Shown in pieces: positions 7,524-16,174 of a stretch of 64,000 nt of DNA; positions within the stretch are counted from its first letter, which is position 1, and every line of letters starts with the position of its first letter. The DNA lies in NCBI GenBank assembly GCA_002441305.1, contig DJVT01000014.1:101642-165641 (forward strand). Reading direction: 5' to 3'. Position numbers and translations under genes: made by a program. Below the pieces are notes generated by a model. It saw only the letters and a program-made list of their open reading frames with translations, did not search any database and was not told where the DNA came from. This stretch comes from Candidatus Omnitrophica bacterium UBA6249 (GTDB taxonomy: Bacteria > Omnitrophota > Gorgyraeia > Gygaellales > Profunditerraquicolaceae).

Positions 7524-10007
7524 CTATATCTTGAACCTCTCGCAGAGGTCTTGAAACTCCGTAACGTCCATGATGTAAACCCGCTTCTTATCGCCGTCTA
7601 TGCGTTTCTGTTCGGACTTGATCTTTATTCTCTTGAGCCGAGAGGTTAAAGCGTTCTTTTTCTGTATCCAGTCGTAATCATCGCTTTTCTGGAAATATTC
7701 AAACACCTCTTGCGAATCAAAGACCTTGATATTACCGTCCTCTTGCAAGGTCTTGACCTCATCCAGCATGACCTTAACCACGTTAAGCAGTTTATAGGTC
7801 TCGTTCTGTGAGACGCTGTCGGACTGCTTCTCATCAACGGACTTTTTGCTTAACGCTTCCATCATATCGGTTAGCCTTGTGCTGTTCTCCTGTGCGTCAA
7901 TGACATTGGCAAGCAGAAAAACCGGCTCCCAAATATCAAGCTCCCGGTTATTCAAATGGCTCATGCCCTGAATAACGTCACCCTGTGCGTGATAGACTTC
8001 GGCTATGTCTTTGGCGTAGATAAGAGCGAACATATAAAGCTCATCCCGAATGTTTCGCTGTAAATCAACAATCTCGGCTCTTTCCTTATACCTCTGGACA
8101 GTCTCATCGTCTTTCTTGCGTAATAGCGGAATACGGACGGTGCGATCCTGCAATACGTCATCAATTTCATTTATCCCGGCAAACATCTTGGGCGAATAGG
8201 CACTATACGACTTGACCACGAACCCGCCCTGACCGGTGCTTTCCGTCCGCTTTACAACACCAGCCTTGTTAAACCCGGCATTGAGCAGGCTGATAAGCGA
8301 TCCGTAAGTATCTTTGTCCCGCTTGCGTAACTGCTCGACCTCATCAATAAACATCGCAATAAGGTTATTGGATATATCCCGGAATATGACCGACTCCGTG
8401 GGATTAGTAATAAGCTCGCCATTAAAGGCAATGCTTGAAAGTATCTCCATTAAAAGCGTCTTGCCTGATCCTTTCTCGGCATTAAGCCATACATAAGGAT
8501 AATAACGGAAGATCATAAAAAGGTATGTCCCCATGACCCAAAGAGTAATAAAGCTCAAATACGAGTCATCAGGAAAGCAGATAAATCGCTTAATATAGTT
8601 ATAGACCTTCCAGTAAACGCCGGGAATGCTGACCGAAGCATTACCTTCAACAAAGGTGCGTATGCCCTTATATGAAAAGCGGGCAGTGTCAACACTCGTA
8701 TGCTTTAAAACAATGCCTTCGCTCTCGGCGTCCTCAAAAGAAAAAAGTCGTTGTTTTGAAGTTACAAGGCAAAGCGTGTCTTTGATTGCCACCGCAAAAG
8801 ACATAATGCCGTCTGAAAAGTCCTGTGCCGGGTGAACCGTCCGGGAGCCTTCCTCATTCGTGAGTATCTCTATTAAATCTTCCTTGCTTAACCGTTTTGA
8901 CTCCGTTTCCTTCGGCTCCTTGCGGTATCCCTTCAATACCTTCTCATAACCCTTGAGGTCGTCATTCGTGAAACTGAAATGATCCTTTATCGTGTATTTA
9001 AGGATTGCGTCCGCCTGTGCCTGATTAAGCCCTGCCATTTCTTTAAGAACATTATCAAGCAGGGCGGGAATCTTCGCCTTGTGTGTGTCCTGCGGGATTG
9101 CTTTTATTTTCTTCTCAAGGTCGGCAAGTTTATCTTCTGAAAGAATCGGCTCATCTTTTACCGGGGATGATACCTTTACATCAAAGCCGTATTTGTCTTT
9201 TGCGACCTTTAAGGCTTGAGTGAATTTGTCGCCCCTCAACTCGCCCGGCACGGCTTCCCGGCAGTCAATAATCCCTTCCAATACGCCAATAAGAGCCATA
9301 GCCCCGCCCCCCGAACCGCACCGGAAACAATGCCAGACGTTTTTGTCGGGATGAACAACGAAGTTATTGTTATTCGTTGAACCGTGGACAGGATGAGAGC
9401 ACACAAGCTGACCGCCGATTTTCTTCAACTGGACGCCCGCTTTATTCAGAACCTCGACAACGCTTATATCGTCAACCTCTGTTTCAGCGTCTCTCTGCGG
9501 ATATTCAAAGGGAATATATTCGATCAGCTCGCCATAGACAAGCTCACGGCTGAGGTGTGCGATAGCAACATCATTATGAACAGAATATATAACGCCAGTA
9601 TCAGGATGAACACTGCCCGGGGCAACCACTTGCGAACCTTTTGCGATAATTTCTCCATAATGTTCGTCTCCTTTTTTCAAAACGATTTTTTTCTGAATAT
9701 CTTTGTTGAGGTAATAATAATGAAAGCCTTTGCGGGTTTTGACCGTGAAAGTAGCGGGGAATTTCGCTTCAACAATCGTGCTTATTTCTTCGGTATCAGC
9801 GTCAATGACAATCAGATCGCCGTAACCGCCTAAGACGCCGTAATTATTTCCGCTCTCAAACCACGGCTCTATTTCAGAAAGGGAATAAGGCTTATTCTGC
9901 CAGTCCTGCTCGAAGGGGATTTTTGTCCGGGTTTTCAGCTTCACAAAGCCGAAGCCGTCTTTTTGTAACGCTTGTGGTATCTTCATTTTTTCAATCTCCA
10001 TATCCAT
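7524..10007 (-). CDS. Replication protein: PrimPol-type primase/polymerase, a primase-like zinc finger and a DUF3631-like P-loop ATPase
   Basis: The N-terminus has GVLGGYGDLIVIDADT (bifunctional primase/polymerase-like). The zinc finger is CSHPVHGSTNNNNFVVHPDKNVWHCFRCGSGG. The C-terminal P-loop is NAEKGSGKT, followed by FIDEVEQL. Confidence 0.85.
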   Translation of the reverse strand: MDMEIEKMKIPQALQKDGFGFVKLKTRTKIPFEQDWQNKPYSLSEIEPWFESGNNYGVLGGYGDLIVIDADTEEISTIVEAKFPATFTVKTRKGFHYYYLNKDIQKKIVLKKGDEHYGEIIAKGSQVVAPGSVHPDTGVIYSVHNDVAIAHLSRELVYGELIEYIPFEYPQRDAETEVDDISVVEVLNKAGVQLKKIGGQLVCSHPVHGSTNNNNFVVHPDKNVWHCFRCGSGGGAMALIGVLEGIIDCREAVPGELRGDKFTQALKVAKDKYGFDVKVSSPVKDEPILSEDKLADLEKKIKAIPQDTHKAKIPALLDNVLKEMAGLNQAQADAILKYTIKDHFSFTNDDLKGYEKVLKGYRKEPKETESKRLSKEDLIEILTNEEGSRTVHPAQDFSDGIMSFAVAIKDTLCLVTSKQRLFSFEDAESEGIVLKHTSVDTARFSYKGIRTFVEGNASVSIPGVYWKVYNYIKRFICFPDDSYLSFITLWVMGTYLFMIFRYYPYVWLNAEKGSGKTLLMEILSSIAFNGELITNPTESVIFRDISNNLIAMFIDEVEQLRKRDKDTYGSLISLLNAGFNKAGVVKRTESTGQGGFVVKSYSAYSPKMFAGINEIDDVLQDRTVRIPLLRKKDDETVQRYKERAEIVDLQRNIRDELYMFALIYAKDIAEVYHAQGDVIQGMSHLNNRELDIWEPVFLLANVIDAQENSTRLTDMMEALSKKSVDEKQSDSVSQNETYKLLNVVKVMLDEVKTLQEDGNIKVFDSQEVFEYFQKSDDYDWIQKKNALTSRLKRIKIKSEQKRIDGDKKRVYIMDVTEFQDLCERFKI

Positions 10008-10021
10008 CTTGCTCCTCTAAG

Positions 10022-10276
10022 TTAGGTATTAAAAACCATTGTCTTTAAGTCCTGAATGGCGTTCTTGAAAGCGGTAATACTGACAGAGCCGTCATTGAAA
10101 AATTCCTGTATCAATTCTTTGCGGTCGTCACGGTCATCGAATATAAAAACGAATTTATTGCCGTTGCGGAATTTATCTTTTAACCTCATGCCCCGGGCTT
10201 TCAGAAACGCCGAAAGATAAAGGTCACTTGTCCTGTATGTGTTCATTGTCTGCACCACCATTTTGACAATCTCCAT
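10022..10276 (-). CDS. DUF5659-like small protein
   Basis: TSDLYLSAFLKARG...FVFIFDD...FFNDGSVSITAFKNAIQDLK matches my memory of DUF5659 proteins from phage-like elements. The start is uncertain (M1, M6 or M11). Confidence 0.5.
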   Translation of the reverse strand: MEIVKMVVQTMNTYRTSDLYLSAFLKARGMRLKDKFRNGNKFVFIFDDRDDRKELIQEFFNDGSVSITAFKNAIQDLKTMVFNT

Positions 10277-10365
10277 CTAAAGCCTGCTTTGTCATATAGT
10301 CCCGGGCGATGATCCTCGCCAGTATGCGAAGCCCTTCCCGGGTGTGTTTATTCATAGGTTTTGCC

Positions 10366-10602
10366 TCAATACAAACGCTTTCCATTCTCCGCCTCTTTAA
10401 TAAGGAATAAGTCGTCAAATTTATGCTCGGGCAGATTGTTCATAATCCTTTCCCGAAGGCTTGGGGATGGATTGCGTGATCCGTCCATCAACTGCGACAT
10501 ATACCCACTGCTTACCTCTAACCTGTGAGCAAGCCAGTTTTGCGATTTATTCTTTCGTATAAGGATTTTTTTGATTTCTTTGCTTCGTAAAGTCACTTTC
10601 AT
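10366..10602 (-). CDS. XRE-family HTH protein in the Cro-like position
   Basis: QNWLAHRLEVSSGYMSQLMDG is an HTH. It is the first gene of the leftward operon and is divergent from the repressor-like gene. Confidence 0.7.
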   Translation of the reverse strand: MKVTLRSKEIKKILIRKNKSQNWLAHRLEVSSGYMSQLMDGSRNPSPSLRERIMNNLPEHKFDDLFLIKEAENGKRLY

Positions 10603-10646
10603 ATTGCCTCCTGTATTAACTGACAGCGAATTATCTTGTTAACAAT

Positions 10647-10675
10647 AGTATATCAACAAAGCAAGGTAATGTCAA
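10647..10675 (-). promoter_or_regulatory. Leftward sigma70-type promoter of the element switch
   Basis: The minus strand reads TTGACA (10670-10675)-17 nt-TATACT (10647-10652). The perfect palindrome TTGTTAACAA at 10636-10645 sits just downstream. Confidence 0.5.
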
Positions 10676-10695
10676 TCATTGGCTAATTATTTCGC

Positions 10696-10724
10696 TTGCA
10701 AAAGTTATCATCTTATGGTATGCT
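10696..10724 (+). promoter_or_regulatory. Rightward sigma70-type promoter for the XRE/ImmA-like/recombinase operon
   Basis: TTGCAA (10696-10701)-17 nt-TATGCT (10719-10724) with a TGn extended -10. The SD AAGGAGGG precedes ATG 10748. Confidence 0.5.
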
Positions 10725-10747
10725 ATTTCTAAAAGGAGGGAATAGCC

Positions 10748-11128
10748 ATGCAAGAATTATCAAAATACCTAAAGAAACTGCGAGGCAAACTGTCCATCAG
10801 ACACATCGCTGAAAAAACTGGTATTTCTAACGCCTATCTTTCACAACTAGAAGGCGGAAAAAGAGATAACCCCCACCCCGATGTATTAAAGAAACTGGCA
10901 AAGTTTTATGAACTCCCTGTGATTGAATTACTCAAAAAAGCGGGTTACTTGGATGAGGATAATAACGGAGAAGAAACCTATGAAGAAAAAATTGATAGGC
11001 TGTTTCAATACGTCACAAATAAACCGGATTATAAATACGGACACCGCATAAAAGGAACCGTAACGACTGAGGTTAAAAAGTTTGTAATCGAAATGTATGA
11101 AAAAGTTTCGGGAGAAACACTGCTGTGA
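10748..11128 (+). CDS. XRE-family HTH repressor-like protein (ImmR/cI-like position)
   Basis: LSIRHIAEKTGISNAYLSQLEGGKR is an HTH. The gene overlaps the next gene by 4 nt. Confidence 0.8.
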   Translation: MQELSKYLKKLRGKLSIRHIAEKTGISNAYLSQLEGGKRDNPHPDVLKKLAKFYELPVIELLKKAGYLDEDNNGEETYEEKIDRLFQYVTNKPDYKYGHRIKGTVTTEVKKFVIEMYEKVSGETLL

Positions 11129-12039
11129 GCAAAACCGTCACTAAAAAGAAAACAATCCGAGCCTTTTCTAAGCACTTGAAAAAGAAAAAGATTTCTTTAA
11201 CGCCCGATAGCATGGCTGATGAATTTCTTTCCTTCTTTTATAATCAAAATCCGCCTACAAGCCATTACTGGATTGATTCTTTCTGCTCAGAGATTGGTAT
11301 TGATGAAGTGCAATACACCACATTCCCGGATAACATGAGAGGTTTTCACGCTATCACACCAGACGGCAAAATAACAATTGTCCTTGAACAATCTTCGAAA
11401 TATGCAGGGAAAGTGCATACCCTCTACCATGAGCTTTATGAAATCATTTGCGAGCTTATGGATAAGCCGGAATTAAAAACAGAACGCAAGGCAAACCTCT
11501 TTTCCGCAAGCGTCATCATGCCTGAAAAACACTTCTTTGAATACGTTATAAGGCGGGGCTTGATGTTCAGCGAAATTAAAACATATTATTCTGAGATAGC
11601 CACAGATTCTATTTTGCTAAGGATAAATCATCTATTCAGAAAAAGAGGATTGTTTCACATCGCATATTTTTTAAAGAACAGTAACGCTTATAAACGTGCC
11701 TCTGCCGAGGATCATAAATATATGGCTGATTTTTCACTCCACCTTTCAACGTTAGATCAATTTGATTCGATCAATAATGAGGGATTCACTCAAAGAATTA
11801 TTGAAGAAACAATCCAACGCCTGCGACAACTTCCAGCGGATGAAATCTCTCTCATAAAATTTGATAGACCGAAGAAAACCGTATTAGCAGAACCTATTCT
11901 GCTTGACTGGAATGGAGCAATTAAAGAAATTGCTATACAGATAATAGATGACGAGGTTTATCAGAACCTCAGCAATCTTTTAAGGAGAGAAAATGAAAGT
12001 AGCACTTTATGCGAGAGTATCATCGGAAAAACAGGCTGA
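11125..12039 (+). CDS. ImmA/IrrE-like (DUF955-like) protein with a variant metal motif
   Basis: It lies directly downstream of the XRE gene. VHTLYHELYEIICE sits where ImmA has HExxH, but here the motif is HELYE. SASVIMPEKHF resembles the conserved ImmA segment. Confidence 0.5.
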   Translation: MSKTVTKKKTIRAFSKHLKKKKISLTPDSMADEFLSFFYNQNPPTSHYWIDSFCSEIGIDEVQYTTFPDNMRGFHAITPDGKITIVLEQSSKYAGKVHTLYHELYEIICELMDKPELKTERKANLFSASVIMPEKHFFEYVIRRGLMFSEIKTYYSEIATDSILLRINHLFRKRGLFHIAYFLKNSNAYKRASAEDHKYMADFSLHLSTLDQFDSINNEGFTQRIIEETIQRLRQLPADEISLIKFDRPKKTVLAEPILLDWNGAIKEIAIQIIDDEVYQNLSNLLRRENESSTLCESIIGKTG

Positions 12040-13570
12040 GAATGACCTGTCTATTTCCGCCCAGCTTAAAGCGTTAAGGAAACACGCCGAGAAGAACGGC
12101 TGGACTATTTATAAGGAATTTATTGACGAGGCTGAAAGTGCGTTGTCCGCTAACCGCCCGGCGTTTCAGGAAATGATCGCCACGGCTAAGAAGAAAGAAC
12201 CGCCATTCCAAACGATCCTGATATGGAAGTTTTCACGCTTCGCCCGCAACCGGGAAGATTCTATTATTTATAAATCACTGCTCAGGAAACACGGCGTCAC
12301 TGTCGTTTCAATGAATGAGCAAGTAGATGACTCTCCGGCAGGGAAACTCTTGGAAGGCATTATTGAAGTCATAGACGAATTTTATTCCATGAACCTCGCC
12401 GAAGATACGATCCGGGGCTTGCGTGAGAACGCTAACCGTGGCTTTCAAAACGGCAGTATCCCTGTCGGATATAAAGCCAAAAAGGTTATGGACGGCACGA
12501 ATGAACGGACAAAGCTCGAACCTGATGAAACCTTCGCTCCTATCGTGCAAAGGATATTTGACCTCTGCACCCGGGGCAACGGCATAAAAGAGATAGCGAA
12601 CATCCTTAACCGTGAAGGATTAAAAACGAATAAAGGCAAAGCGTGGAGCAATTCAACGGTGCAGTATATCCTCAAAAACGAAGCCTATACCGGCACCCTT
12701 GTTTATGGCAAAAAGTCCAGTAGTAAGCTCCGCACAAACGGAAAGCATGAAGCAATACGCCTTGAGGATAATCACCCGGCTCTTGTTAACCGGGAAACTT
12801 ACCTTTACGCTTTGGAGCTTATGTCAAAACGAAGCCCGAAAGTCGCCCATCCTCAAACACTCATAAGCGAATATTTATTAAGCGGGCTTATTGAATGCGG
12901 TAAATGCGGGGCGAAGATGTTCGGCTCTAAGGCGAAGTCCGGCAAGTTCTCATATTACGCTTGCCATAATTACGTTAAGCGTGGGAAAACGGTCTGCAAC
13001 GCAAAGCTGATCAATAAAAAGAAAATTGAAGCCCTTGTCATTGAACGCCTGAAAACGCATATCCTGACCGAAGAAAATCTCATGGAGCTTATGAACATGG
13101 TGCTTGATGAGATGAACGCAAACAAAAAAGACTCACAACAACAGCTTGAGACGATTGAAAAGCAACTGGAAGCCCTGCGAGGCAAACAAGGGAAGCTCTA
13201 TAACTCCCTTGAGACCGGCAAGCTGGACGTTGATGACCTTGCCCCGAGAATTAAAGAGATTAAAGCACAGATTGACACGCTGGAAACGAAACGGAATGAA
13301 GTTATCGAGGAAATACAAGCTCCGAGCAGTCTGCCTTTTAACGCAAAGAACCTCAAAGCCTACGTTCAAGACCTTGCCGACCTCTTGAGTAAAGGCTCAA
13401 TCGTTGAGCAAAAGTCCTTCCTTCGCTCCTTCATCGAGCGGATTGTTGTTAACCACCCGGAAGCCGAAGTTTTCTATAACATCCCCATAATAAACAACAA
13501 AGGCAGAACCTCAAAAAGTGAAGTTCTGCCCATGTTACAAATTGGCTCCCCCTCTAGGACTCGAACCTAG
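11993..13570 (+). CDS. Large serine recombinase (integrase)
   Basis: The N-terminus MKVALYARVSSEKQ...SISAQ is a resolvase catalytic domain. A recombinase domain, a Cys-rich zinc module (CGKCGAKM...YYACHNY...C) and a coiled coil follow. The last 28 nt of the ORF lie inside tRNA-Asn. Confidence 0.9.
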   Translation: MKVALYARVSSEKQAENDLSISAQLKALRKHAEKNGWTIYKEFIDEAESALSANRPAFQEMIATAKKKEPPFQTILIWKFSRFARNREDSIIYKSLLRKHGVTVVSMNEQVDDSPAGKLLEGIIEVIDEFYSMNLAEDTIRGLRENANRGFQNGSIPVGYKAKKVMDGTNERTKLEPDETFAPIVQRIFDLCTRGNGIKEIANILNREGLKTNKGKAWSNSTVQYILKNEAYTGTLVYGKKSSSKLRTNGKHEAIRLEDNHPALVNRETYLYALELMSKRSPKVAHPQTLISEYLLSGLIECGKCGAKMFGSKAKSGKFSYYACHNYVKRGKTVCNAKLINKKKIEALVIERLKTHILTEENLMELMNMVLDEMNANKKDSQQQLETIEKQLEALRGKQGKLYNSLETGKLDVDDLAPRIKEIKAQIDTLETKRNEVIEEIQAPSSLPFNAKNLKAYVQDLADLLSKGSIVEQKSFLRSFIERIVVNHPEAEVFYNIPIINNKGRTSKSEVLPMLQIGSPSRTRT

Positions 13571-13618
13571 GACCTGGAGATTAACAGTCTCTCGCTCTAC
13601 CAACTGAGCTAAGGGGGA
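13543..13618 (-). tRNA. tRNA-Asn (GTT), CCA encoded
   Basis: The minus strand reads TCCCCCTTAGCTCAGTTGGTAGAGCGAGAGACTGTTAATCTCCAGGTCCTAGGTTCGAGTCCTAGAGGGGGAGCCA. It folds as a cloverleaf with anticodon loop CTGTTAA. Confidence 0.9.
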
Positions 13619-13639
13619 ATTGTGGGTAGTATTGTAACA

Positions 13640-15571
13640 TTAGATAATTTGACTTTCAAGAGCTTTTATCTCTTCCTCAATCTCACGCACGAGTTTTTCA
13701 ATCTCCTTCATGCGGCGCCCGTATTCCTTAGCTGTATCCTCATCGCGGTAAAAATGCGGGTTAGACAAGGCGCGGGCCTTGGCGTATGTCTCAAGCTCCA
13801 GATTCTCCTTTTTCTTGAGAAGCCTATTGATCTTATCCCGGATAGAGGCATTGTGGGACTTGCGTTTTCTCTCTTCTTCCCTCCTGCGGCGCTCCTCTTC
13901 TTTGGCTTTTTCCCTATTTATCTCTTGCGGCTTCTTCGCTGCCGGGCGCATCTTGCGTTCCGCAACCCTATCCTCATCACTGAAGCTATCCCTCTTTTCA
14001 AGATAATAGTCGAAGGAGCCGGGAAATTTCCTTACCCTGCCAGATTTAACCTCAAAAACGCTGTTTGCCACAGATCTTACGAAATATATGTCGTGGCTGA
14101 TAAAAACTATCGTACCTTCGTATTCTTTAAGCGCCTTGACCAAGGCATCGACCGCATCAACGTCAAGATGCGTAGTCGGCTCATCCAAAAGAAGAAAGTT
14201 CGGGGGGTCAATAAGGAGTTTGGCCAGGATCAATCTGCTCTTCTCTCCTCCAGAAAGCACCTTGACCTTCTTTTCCGCATCATCTCCTCCAAATAAAAAA
14301 GCCCCGAGTATAGTCCTGATTGACTCCTCTGCCATGTACCCGGGCGCTGCCGAGTAAGCTTCCTGCAAAACGGTATTTTCCACATTCAGCACATCCGTGC
14401 GCGTTTGGGAAAAATATCCGATATCGACGTTATATCCAACCACCCGGTTACCCTTATCTATATTCACAATCCCCGCAAGCATTTTAAGCAAGGTGGATTT
14501 CCCTGCTCCGTTTTCCCCGGCAAGAACCGCCTTTTCCCCCTGGGCAATCTCGAAATCCAGGCCGTTGTATACCTGTATGTCCCCGTAAGACTTAAAGACC
14601 TCCTCCAGGCTGATAACCCGATGGCCCGACTTGCGCGTCTGCGGGAAAGAAAAATTACCGATGCTCTCGCGAGGATCCGGAGGAAGTATTATTTTATTCT
14701 CCTCCATCTTCTCGAGCACCCTGCGTTTGGCCCGCACGGAAGCCGCCTTATTCGGCTGGGCGTGGAACCTTGCGACAAAATGATCAAGCTGTTTTATCTT
14801 CTTTTCCTGCTCTTTAAATTGTTTAAGAAGGTGAGTGCGTTTCTCCTCTTTGATCTGTTCATAATGTTCATAGTTGCCTTGCACCTTCGAAATCGAGCCG
14901 TTTTCCAGGATAAAGGTATAATTGGTTACATCGGTCAAAAAAGCCTTGTCATGCGATATCATAATAAAGGTGCCCTGGAAAGCCGCCAGGTAGTCCTTGA
15001 GCCACAACGCCGCGTTCAAGTCGAGGTAGTTTGTAGGCTCATCGAGCAACAACAGGTCATAATGATATGTTAAAAGTTTGCCTAAGAGGGCGCGCATCTG
15101 CCATCCACCGCTCATCTGGCTTATTGGACGGTCGAAATCCTTCCCCTTGAACCCCAGGCCTGAGAGTATCTTTTTTGCTTTGTGCTCAAGTTCAAAGAAA
15201 CCCAGCACTTCAAGCTCATGGAGAACTTCCCCGTAACGCGCGCAATCCGCCTTGTTCTCCGCTTCGATCTTTTCCTTCTCCGTTTTAAAACGCATAATCC
15301 TCTCGTCGCCCTCGGTCAACTCCGCAAGCACCGTATAATCGGACTTGAAACTTGACTCCTGGGGAAGGTATCCGATATAAACTCCCTTATTCACCCGCAC
15401 TTCCCCTCCGGAAGGTTCGCTCTCCCCGAGGATCAACGAAAAAAGCGTACTCTTACCGGTACCGTTTGGCCCGATAAGGCCGATCTTCTCTCCCTGATTT
15501 ATGTTGAGAGAGATATTCTCGAATAAAACTTTTGAACCGTAGTTTTTCGATAGATTGATAATACTAATCAT
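13640..15571 (-). CDS. ABC-F family ATPase (EttA/Uup-like)
   Basis: Two cassettes (GPNGTGKST and GENGAGKST), signatures MSGGWQMR and LSGGEKSR, and a K/E/R-rich C-terminal tail. Confidence 0.9.
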   Translation of the reverse strand: MISIINLSKNYGSKVLFENISLNINQGEKIGLIGPNGTGKSTLFSLILGESEPSGGEVRVNKGVYIGYLPQESSFKSDYTVLAELTEGDERIMRFKTEKEKIEAENKADCARYGEVLHELEVLGFFELEHKAKKILSGLGFKGKDFDRPISQMSGGWQMRALLGKLLTYHYDLLLLDEPTNYLDLNAALWLKDYLAAFQGTFIMISHDKAFLTDVTNYTFILENGSISKVQGNYEHYEQIKEEKRTHLLKQFKEQEKKIKQLDHFVARFHAQPNKAASVRAKRRVLEKMEENKIILPPDPRESIGNFSFPQTRKSGHRVISLEEVFKSYGDIQVYNGLDFEIAQGEKAVLAGENGAGKSTLLKMLAGIVNIDKGNRVVGYNVDIGYFSQTRTDVLNVENTVLQEAYSAAPGYMAEESIRTILGAFLFGGDDAEKKVKVLSGGEKSRLILAKLLIDPPNFLLLDEPTTHLDVDAVDALVKALKEYEGTIVFISHDIYFVRSVANSVFEVKSGRVRKFPGSFDYYLEKRDSFSDEDRVAERKMRPAAKKPQEINREKAKEEERRRREEERKRKSHNASIRDKINRLLKKKENLELETYAKARALSNPHFYRDEDTAKEYGRRMKEIEKLVREIEEEIKALESQII

Positions 15572-15574
15572 TGG

Positions 15575-16174
15575 CTAAATCGTACGACGGGATTCTAATG
15601 ACTTCGAGAGAGTGGTGGAGTCCGCGTATTCCAAATTTGACCCGACCGGAATACCCAGGCCGATGCGGCTTACCTGCACCCCCAGCGGCTTAAGTAATTT
15701 GGTAAGATAGATTGAGGTAGTTTCCCCTTCCGTATCCGCATCAGTGGCGATAATCACTTCTTTAATGCTCCCCTGTTTTATCCTCTGGAGCAAGCCTTCG
15801 ATCTTAAGGTCGCTGGGCCCTTTGCCTTCAAGCGGAGATATCGACCCAAGCAGGACATGATAAACCCCCTGAAAATTCCCCGCCTTTTCGATCGCTGTGA
15901 CATCCCCCGGCTTTTCCACCACGCAAACAATATCCTTCTGCCTGCGCAAATCCTGGCAGATCACGCAGGTATCCTCTTCGCTTAGATTATTGCAGATCCT
16001 GCAAAAACGCACGCTCTCTTTAACCTTATTCAGAGACTCGGACAAAACCCGGACCTCGTCTTTAGAAGCACCCAGTAAATGCGCCACTATGCGTTCGGCG
16101 CTCCGCCTGCCGATACCGGGCAGCCTGATGAGGCAATCAAGAAGTTTTTCTATGGAAGCGGTATACGTAGCCAT
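15575..16174 (-). CDS. recR: Recombination protein RecR
   Basis: LPGIGRRSAERI (HhH), the C4 finger CRICNNLSEEDTCVIC and a Toprim region. It overlaps the dnaX stop (TGATG). Confidence 0.95.
   Translation of the reverse strand: MATYTASIEKLLDCLIRLPGIGRRSAERIVAHLLGASKDEVRVLSESLNKVKESVRFCRICNNLSEEDTCVICQDLRRQKDIVCVVEKPGDVTAIEKAGNFQGVYHVLLGSISPLEGKGPSDLKIEGLLQRIKQGSIKEVIIATDADTEGETTSIYLTKLLKPLGVQVSRIGLGIPVGSNLEYADSTTLSKSLESRRTI

Larger units (their letters stand above)
5481..13570. mobile_element. Integrative, phage-like element with a serine recombinase; minimal extent shown
   Basis: It holds a recombinase, a divergent HTH switch, an ImmA-like gene and a PrimPol replication gene, and it abuts the 3' end of tRNA-Asn. 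The left end is not identifiable. The element may include 1-5400 and run off the window. Confidence 0.6.

Noticed and set aside
10224-10418. A 64-aa ORF between the Cro-like HTH and the DUF5659-like gene.
   Set aside because: It overlaps both neighbours. A shorter 43-aa version from ATG 10355 (MNKHTREGLRILARIIARDYM...) is conceivable, but I cannot support it.
1-13000. A search for a second copy of the tRNA-Asn 3' end, to define the left att site of the serine-recombinase element.
   Set aside because: I found none by eye; the only hit was a chance CTCGAACC inside the recombinase gene. Serine integrases need no long repeat, so the absence is uninformative.
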